DNA of 64,000 bases. Origin: Pseudobdellovibrionaceae bacterium (GTDB taxonomy: Bacteria; Bdellovibrionota; Bdellovibrionia; Bdellovibrionales; Bdellovibrionaceae). Shown here in pieces: positions 59,318 to 64,000 of the stretch. Both the position numbers and the translations under genes were made by a program. The stretch spans positions 1 through 64,000 of the forward strand of contig JBDHWW010000013.1 of assembly GCA_039810425.1 (NCBI GenBank), written 5' to 3'. A model generated the notes under the pieces. The model made no database searches. It was not told the origin of the DNA and saw only the letters and a list, made by a program, of their open reading frames with translations. Numbering within the stretch: position 1 is the first letter of the stretch; every line of letters begins with the position of its first letter.

Positions 59318-60408
59318 TAGGCGCCTCCTTTAGTGAATTTTGTTTGAGCAAGGTGCTGGCAGGTTTTTCGAACGATATCTTCCATGGCTGCCGTCTTGTA
59401 ACCAGGGAGCAAAGACTGAAGAGCTTCGTTAGAAACTTCTTTCTTCACGAAGAGCTGACGGCCAAACGGAGAAATACTCGCAAGGCCCTGATTCAGAACG
59501 CTGCCGCCGAAACCTTTCATATTTGTCACGAGCGTATCAAAAGATTTCTCGTCAGCAAAAAGAGGCTTTAGCAAACGTCTTGATTTAAACATTTCGTCTT
59601 TGTTGAATTCTTCAAAAGCAATATCAATAAATCGACCGAGTGGAATACTCGCGGCTTGGTCGTAACAGACGTGATAGATTTTCTGACTCTGACCTTTGTT
59701 CACGACTGCGGCTAAAGACTTCGCAGTGAATTCGCCGTCCACAAGGTGAATCGGTGTTTCAGCACGGCCCGGAAGCAAAGAAATCAAACCATAGTAGAAA
59801 AGCTTAAGAGTGTTATGAATGGCGTTGTGCTGAATCACGGTGCCGCTATCGCCATCCGCGATGATTGTAGCAACGCGAGCGATTCTCCACGGGAGGTTCG
59901 AGAATTGAGTGCGAATGGCTTCTTCGACTTCCCATTTTGAGCGTTCGTAGTGATTTGCAAAAACAGGAGAGCTAAAGAATTCTTCCTTGATCGGGCCCGC
60001 TGCCATACCTGAAGCATAAAGAGTGCTCACGTAAGTGAAGTTTTCCAGCTTCGGCAACTCAGATACAAATTTTAATAGTGCCAAAGAGCCATCGCGGTTC
60101 ACAGAGTTCGCAGTGACTTCATCAACGTTAAACGCGGTTTTTGCGGCGTTGTGGATAATGATGTTGATATCGTTACGTTGAGCTTGCAGGTTCTCAACGA
60201 GATTTGCCAAATCACTCTGGACTATTTCAACGCGAGCGTGCTTAGCCGCAGGCACATCTTTCAAAAGATCTGCTTTGCGCTTTTCTAGCTCTTCTGCGGA
60301 ACCTGCACGCACAGGAACTAATAGAGTCTCCGAGCGTTCTGTCAGAAGTTGCTCGAGGAGTTTTTTGCCGATGTAGCCGGTGGCACCGGTCAGAAGAATC
60401 TTAGCCAT
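59317..60408 (-). CDS. Stand-alone thioester reductase-like extended SDR (NAD_binding_4)
   Basis: TGATGYIG, HNAA, YVST, YERSKW. Confidence 0.82.
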   Translation of the reverse strand: MAKILLTGATGYIGKKLLEQLLTERSETLLVPVRAGSAEELEKRKADLLKDVPAAKHARVEIVQSDLANLVENLQAQRNDINIIIHNAAKTAFNVDEVTANSVNRDGSLALLKFVSELPKLENFTYVSTLYASGMAAGPIKEEFFSSPVFANHYERSKWEVEEAIRTQFSNLPWRIARVATIIADGDSGTVIQHNAIHNTLKLFYYGLISLLPGRAETPIHLVDGEFTAKSLAAVVNKGQSQKIYHVCYDQAASIPLGRFIDIAFEEFNKDEMFKSRRLLKPLFADEKSFDTLVTNMKGFGGSVLNQGLASISPFGRQLFVKKEVSNEALQSLLPGYKTAAMEDIVRKTCQHLAQTKFTKGGA

Positions 60409-61273
60409 TTTGGATCTCCTTCATCGGCCAGTGAGCAGGATTTGTCCCGTAACGGCTGATAATAGCAAAGAGCCATCTTTCTAAACCGAAAGCGATGCAA
60501 GCGCTGGTCGCTGTTTCGCCTTGGTATTTGATGTTAAAACTTTCGCCAAAGTAGTCTTTGTGGAAATTGGTCGAACCAATCGAGAGGTCTTTGTTAAAGA
60601 TCATCTCGTGTTTTACAGGGTCTAATTGCTGCATGATGAACTTCGGATTGCTCTCTGGATTAAAGAATGGATCCGTTGCTACTTCCCATGAAATGCCGAG
60701 ATCGAGCTTCGCAAGCTTTTCAGTCACGATATCGCGGTACTTCTTTACGAAGCTGCGAACGTGATCTTGGGGGCCGATGCAAACGATCTCACGCATATTG
60801 AAAGACCACTGACGTTGCAAAGGTTTGTAGTAAAGTTCACGACGGAAGCAATTCGCACGTGTTGTCAGGTGCAAAGGCTCTTGCAGATCCTGATCTTGGA
60901 AGTGGATATAGAAATGATAACAAGCGGCCGGTGTTAAACAGTCGCAGACCTTGTCGATTTCAGTAAGATGGACTTTGCCATCGCTAAAACGTGGGCCTTC
61001 AGTGAACTTTTCCAGGTTCTTGGCGTCGTTTTGATCCAAAGCCACCGGGAAAGTAATTAAATGAGGGAATGATTTAAAATAATCAAGCTTGTTGAGTTCC
61101 GCCGCTTGAATGAAAGGCGGGAAATAAAATTCACGAGCCTGGGCCGTCGCTGCGATTCTTAAAAACATCGCATCAAGAGCTTTAAAGAGCTCAAAAATAG
61201 ATCCGCTCAGATTTGATTGTCCGTTTGGAATCCATTTATAGCCAGGAATCTCGGTGAATTTGATTTCACTCAT
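60401..61273 (-). CDS. Seryl-tRNA synthetase-like amino acid:[carrier protein] ligase
   Basis: 290 aa with no tRNA-binding domain; YFKSFPH, LTPAACY, CFRRE..RQWSFNMRE, DPFF, SACIAFGLERW. Confidence 0.85.
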   Translation of the reverse strand: MSEIKFTEIPGYKWIPNGQSNLSGSIFELFKALDAMFLRIAATAQAREFYFPPFIQAAELNKLDYFKSFPHLITFPVALDQNDAKNLEKFTEGPRFSDGKVHLTEIDKVCDCLTPAACYHFYIHFQDQDLQEPLHLTTRANCFRRELYYKPLQRQWSFNMREIVCIGPQDHVRSFVKKYRDIVTEKLAKLDLGISWEVATDPFFNPESNPKFIMQQLDPVKHEMIFNKDLSIGSTNFHKDYFGESFNIKYQGETATSACIAFGLERWLFAIISRYGTNPAHWPMKEIQNG

Positions 61274-61524
61274 GTCGCACTCCCAAAGAAGGAAGCATAA
61301 ATGCTGTCAATCGTGTTGAAAGCACCTGGCTTGATGGCTTTGAGGTTAAATTTGGAACCTTTGATTTTCTCAACTTCCAAAATCAACTCCATCACGTGGA
61401 GTGAGCTTAAAATGCGGGTTTCCAAAAGGTGTGTATCAAAGGCAAGCTCTGCCCCAGTCACTTTCTTAGACTTTTTCAAAACCCATTGGCGGAGTGTTTC
61501 TTTGACTTCTTGTTCTGTTTTCAT
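61270..61524 (-). CDS. Aminoacyl/acyl carrier protein
   Basis: 84 aa; LLETRILSSLHVMELI Ppant helix; overlaps both neighbours. Confidence 0.75.
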   Translation of the reverse strand: MKTEQEVKETLRQWVLKKSKKVTGAELAFDTHLLETRILSSLHVMELILEVEKIKGSKFNLKAIKPGAFNTIDSIYASFFGSAT

Positions 61525-62384
61525 AACTCGAAAATCTCCTCGATAATGCCACATTTTTTCAGATAATTTAAACTTACACGAGATGCGCGGACGCGGTGTT
61601 CGCGGGCTTTGTCGCTTTCAAACACGCGAGAAGCCAAGTCGTAAGCGTCTTCAATGCCGGCATCTACGTAGATGTCTGGATTGTAGTATTCACGCCAAGT
61701 TGTTACATAGTAACCACGAATGTAGTCGCGAATCCCTTGCAGAGTTTCCGCCGACCACTGTGGAGAGAATGTTTTAAATAGATCGTTCAAAATCACACGG
61801 CCAAACGCCAAGTGACGAACTTCATCTTCGTGGTGATTCGCATTGATATCGCGAGAAAGCTGCATCACGCGCTCATCTCGAGCTGTCGTTACGTTGTAAT
61901 AGTCGACGATCTCTTCGAAAACGAAGACTTTAATAAAAAATAAAAACTCTTCTTCGCCGGTTGCATATTCACGCGGGAAAACGATTTTGCGATCAGGATA
62001 GATCTTGCCTGCGTACTTTTCACAGAAAGTACCGAAGAAGTACATGTGTTTGTTTTCTTCATCGATAAAGTGATGGATATAGTCCGTCACATCTTGGTTT
62101 TCACTCTCGTACAAACGGCGAGTAAGTCCCTCAAGCAAGGACTTTTCACCATGAACATTCAGACTAAAGAAATTCACTTCTTCAAAGAAGCTGAGTTTTT
62201 TCTTTTGCTCTTCATTGAGAGCTTCCCATTCAGGGGAACCATAGATAGAGATGAGCTCGGGGCTTACAAACCAGTTATTCTTCTCAAGCTGCTCAGGGAA
62301 TTGAATATGAGTAAACGGATTGTAGAATCCTTTAATCGATTGAGCAGTCAGTTTTTTAGCAACTTGTGAGATATCGTGGCTCAT
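61521..62384 (-). CDS. AurF/CmlI-like diiron N-oxygenase
   Basis: GE...DEENKH...EE...HHEDEVRH pattern, including the extra His typical of AurF. Confidence 0.8.
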   Translation of the reverse strand: MSHDISQVAKKLTAQSIKGFYNPFTHIQFPEQLEKNNWFVSPELISIYGSPEWEALNEEQKKKLSFFEEVNFFSLNVHGEKSLLEGLTRRLYESENQDVTDYIHHFIDEENKHMYFFGTFCEKYAGKIYPDRKIVFPREYATGEEEFLFFIKVFVFEEIVDYYNVTTARDERVMQLSRDINANHHEDEVRHLAFGRVILNDLFKTFSPQWSAETLQGIRDYIRGYYVTTWREYYNPDIYVDAGIEDAYDLASRVFESDKAREHRVRASRVSLNYLKKCGIIEEIFEL

Positions 62385-62385
62385 A

Positions 62386-63336
62386 CTACACCTTCTCTAA
62401 GATGACGGCCTGCCAGTTCAAACCAAAGCCTGCCATGAAAAGCAGTAACTTCTGGCCTGGTTTTACAAGCTTGTCTTCTTCGATTTTAACCAAGTTCACA
62501 ATATTATCAGAACTGATGATGTGGCCGACTTCCTGAATAGATTTGAAGTAAACTTTTTCAAACTCAGTTCCCAAAAGGCGGGATAAAATCACCCATGCAT
62601 TCACATTGGTGTTCTGAGGGATAATCCAGTCGATATCTTCGATTTTAAGACCGGACTTATCAAAAAGCTCCGTGAGGAGTCTATGAGTATAACTGAAATA
62701 GCTGCCGACAGTTTCGTCGTCATTCGCTTGCGCCATAGCGCCGTTCGTCAACGCATGTGTTGCAATCAAGCGATAACCTTTTTCTTCGTCGCTCACCACA
62801 CAAGCAGCAGCGCCGTCAGAAATTACATTATAAGCCTGTTCGTAAGAAGCGCCTTCTGGAAAGCGATCTGCTGTTACGCAGAGGATTTTCTTTTGCTCTG
62901 GCTCTGACAAGATCAAAGCACGGGCAAGGCGCAAAGATCCAAGCATGCTCGTGCAAGCCTGCTGGTTCAGTCCAAGTACGGCCGCACTTTCAAGACCAAA
63001 ATCGGCTTGTAAGTGGCTCGCTGGATAGTCCATGAGGTATTTCACATCACGGCTTTCTTTAAATTTATTAAAAGATCCGATATTGCCATTCAAAGGAAGG
63101 CATGTCGCATAGACAATCGAGTTCACGTTTGTCAGCGCGTTCTTAATCTGAGAAACTGCGCCCACAGCCAAGTCATAGGCATTTTGCGAAGGTGAACTCA
63201 TGCGGTGAAACGCAAAGCCCGCCTCAACAAATTGCTGGTAGTCAGTGAGAAGACGGCCGGCCTTAGACGATTCTTCAATCGACACTCTCTGGTCACCCAG
63301 GAAATAAGCCAAATCGTGAACGAAAACGGATTTCAT
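62386..63336 (-). CDS. KAS III-like (thiolase-fold) enzyme with Cys-Gln-His residues
   Basis: QQACTS catalytic Cys, SDGAAA, IIPQN, GHIISSD, AGFGLNW. Confidence 0.8.
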   Translation of the reverse strand: MKSVFVHDLAYFLGDQRVSIEESSKAGRLLTDYQQFVEAGFAFHRMSSPSQNAYDLAVGAVSQIKNALTNVNSIVYATCLPLNGNIGSFNKFKESRDVKYLMDYPASHLQADFGLESAAVLGLNQQACTSMLGSLRLARALILSEPEQKKILCVTADRFPEGASYEQAYNVISDGAAACVVSDEEKGYRLIATHALTNGAMAQANDDETVGSYFSYTHRLLTELFDKSGLKIEDIDWIIPQNTNVNAWVILSRLLGTEFEKVYFKSIQEVGHIISSDNIVNLVKIEEDKLVKPGQKLLLFMAGFGLNWQAVILEKV

Positions 63337-63338
63337 TA

Positions 63339-63902
63339 TTAAGCTCCGAGTTTAGGGAAGAAGCGACCAGTCGTTTTCATATAGTTTTGGTATTCGGAAC
63401 CGAATGCTGAGTTCGACAAGTTGTTTTCTTCGCGGGCCGCCGTGCGGTTCAAGATCACGATACACCAAACCATACCCAAGAATGTAATCAAGTGAGGCAT
63501 CATGATGATTGAAGCCAACTGAGCCGTGATGAAAGAGCTATAGAATGGGTGACGGATGTATTTGTAAGCACCCCAAGTTACGATGTTTGCTGGTGCATCG
63601 TTGTTTTGGTGCCAAAGAGCGAGTGGGATACGGTGAGTACCCATCGTGTATGAGATCATGCCGATAGAGAAAGAGCTCAAGATGACGACGGCGATTTCGC
63701 CAGCCAACGGAATTGACCAGTACAACTCGAGGCTGATGACGCCGAACTGTTGCAAGAAGATGAGGACTGCATTCAAGAACAAAGGACCCGCTGTCATCCA
63801 CCACATCAAATTATAGCGGCCGTCTTTTTTAAAGAAAATGCGTGGAAGAATGCCGATATAAGCGAAATTTACGAGGAGTAAAGTGACGAGAGTCCTGTTC
63901 AT
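63339..63902 (-). CDS. Isoprenylcysteine carboxyl methyltransferase (ICMT/PEMT) family membrane methyltransferase
   Basis: TM helices; GAYKYIRHPFY, REE..L...FG.EY..Y...TGRFFP. Confidence 0.88.
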   Translation of the reverse strand: MNRTLVTLLLVNFAYIGILPRIFFKKDGRYNLMWWMTAGPLFLNAVLIFLQQFGVISLELYWSIPLAGEIAVVILSSFSIGMISYTMGTHRIPLALWHQNNDAPANIVTWGAYKYIRHPFYSSFITAQLASIIMMPHLITFLGMVWCIVILNRTAAREENNLSNSAFGSEYQNYMKTTGRFFPKLGA

Positions 63903-64000
63903 ACGGTGATCCTTTGTTTTAATAAGAGTTCTTTAACTAAATTCTTTTTAACTTTTAATGTTGTTGTTTTAGGAAGCGGTTCGGTGAGGAAGATGAATTT

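Noticed and set aside
60401..61273. Housekeeping serS
   Set aside because: Too short, lacks the tRNA-binding domain and sits beside a carrier protein.

Overview
64 kb of a Gram-negative bacterial chromosome. Gene content and style suggest a Bdellovibrio-like organism (inference only, no marker gene seen). Left part (0.5-29 kb), mostly housekeeping: a glnB-glnA operon that continues into a GcvH-like protein lacking the lipoyl lysine and a DMT transporter; trmL, secA and bamE; a divergent cluster of atypical FabH, acyl-CoA ligase, SDR and two hydrolases; an A2-type caa3-like cytochrome c oxidase operon; maiA/fahA; sodC; a K+ channel with a separate cNMP-binding partner. Middle (30.5-46.5 kb): an apparent low-oxygen/NO island containing an AidB-like dehydrogenase, 2-oxoacid:ferredoxin oxidoreductase, glutaryl-CoA dehydrogenase, norCBQD, a PLP decarboxylase, a DNR-type Crp/Fnr regulator and nrdDG, with five FNR/DNR-type boxes in four intergenic regions. 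Right end (51-64 kb), the best candidate for an undescribed system: a tightly coupled 13-gene NRPS/PKS-free biosynthetic operon (ICMT-family methyltransferase, KAS III-like enzyme with altered triad, AurF-like diiron N-oxygenase, two carrier proteins, SerRS-like amino acid:carrier protein ligase, stand-alone thioester reductase, second ferritin-like diiron protein, Lol/Mac-type export module), plus a nearby Sfp-type PPTase. No rRNA, tRNA, CRISPR or transposase was recognised. All calls come from reading motifs by eye; no database search was run.
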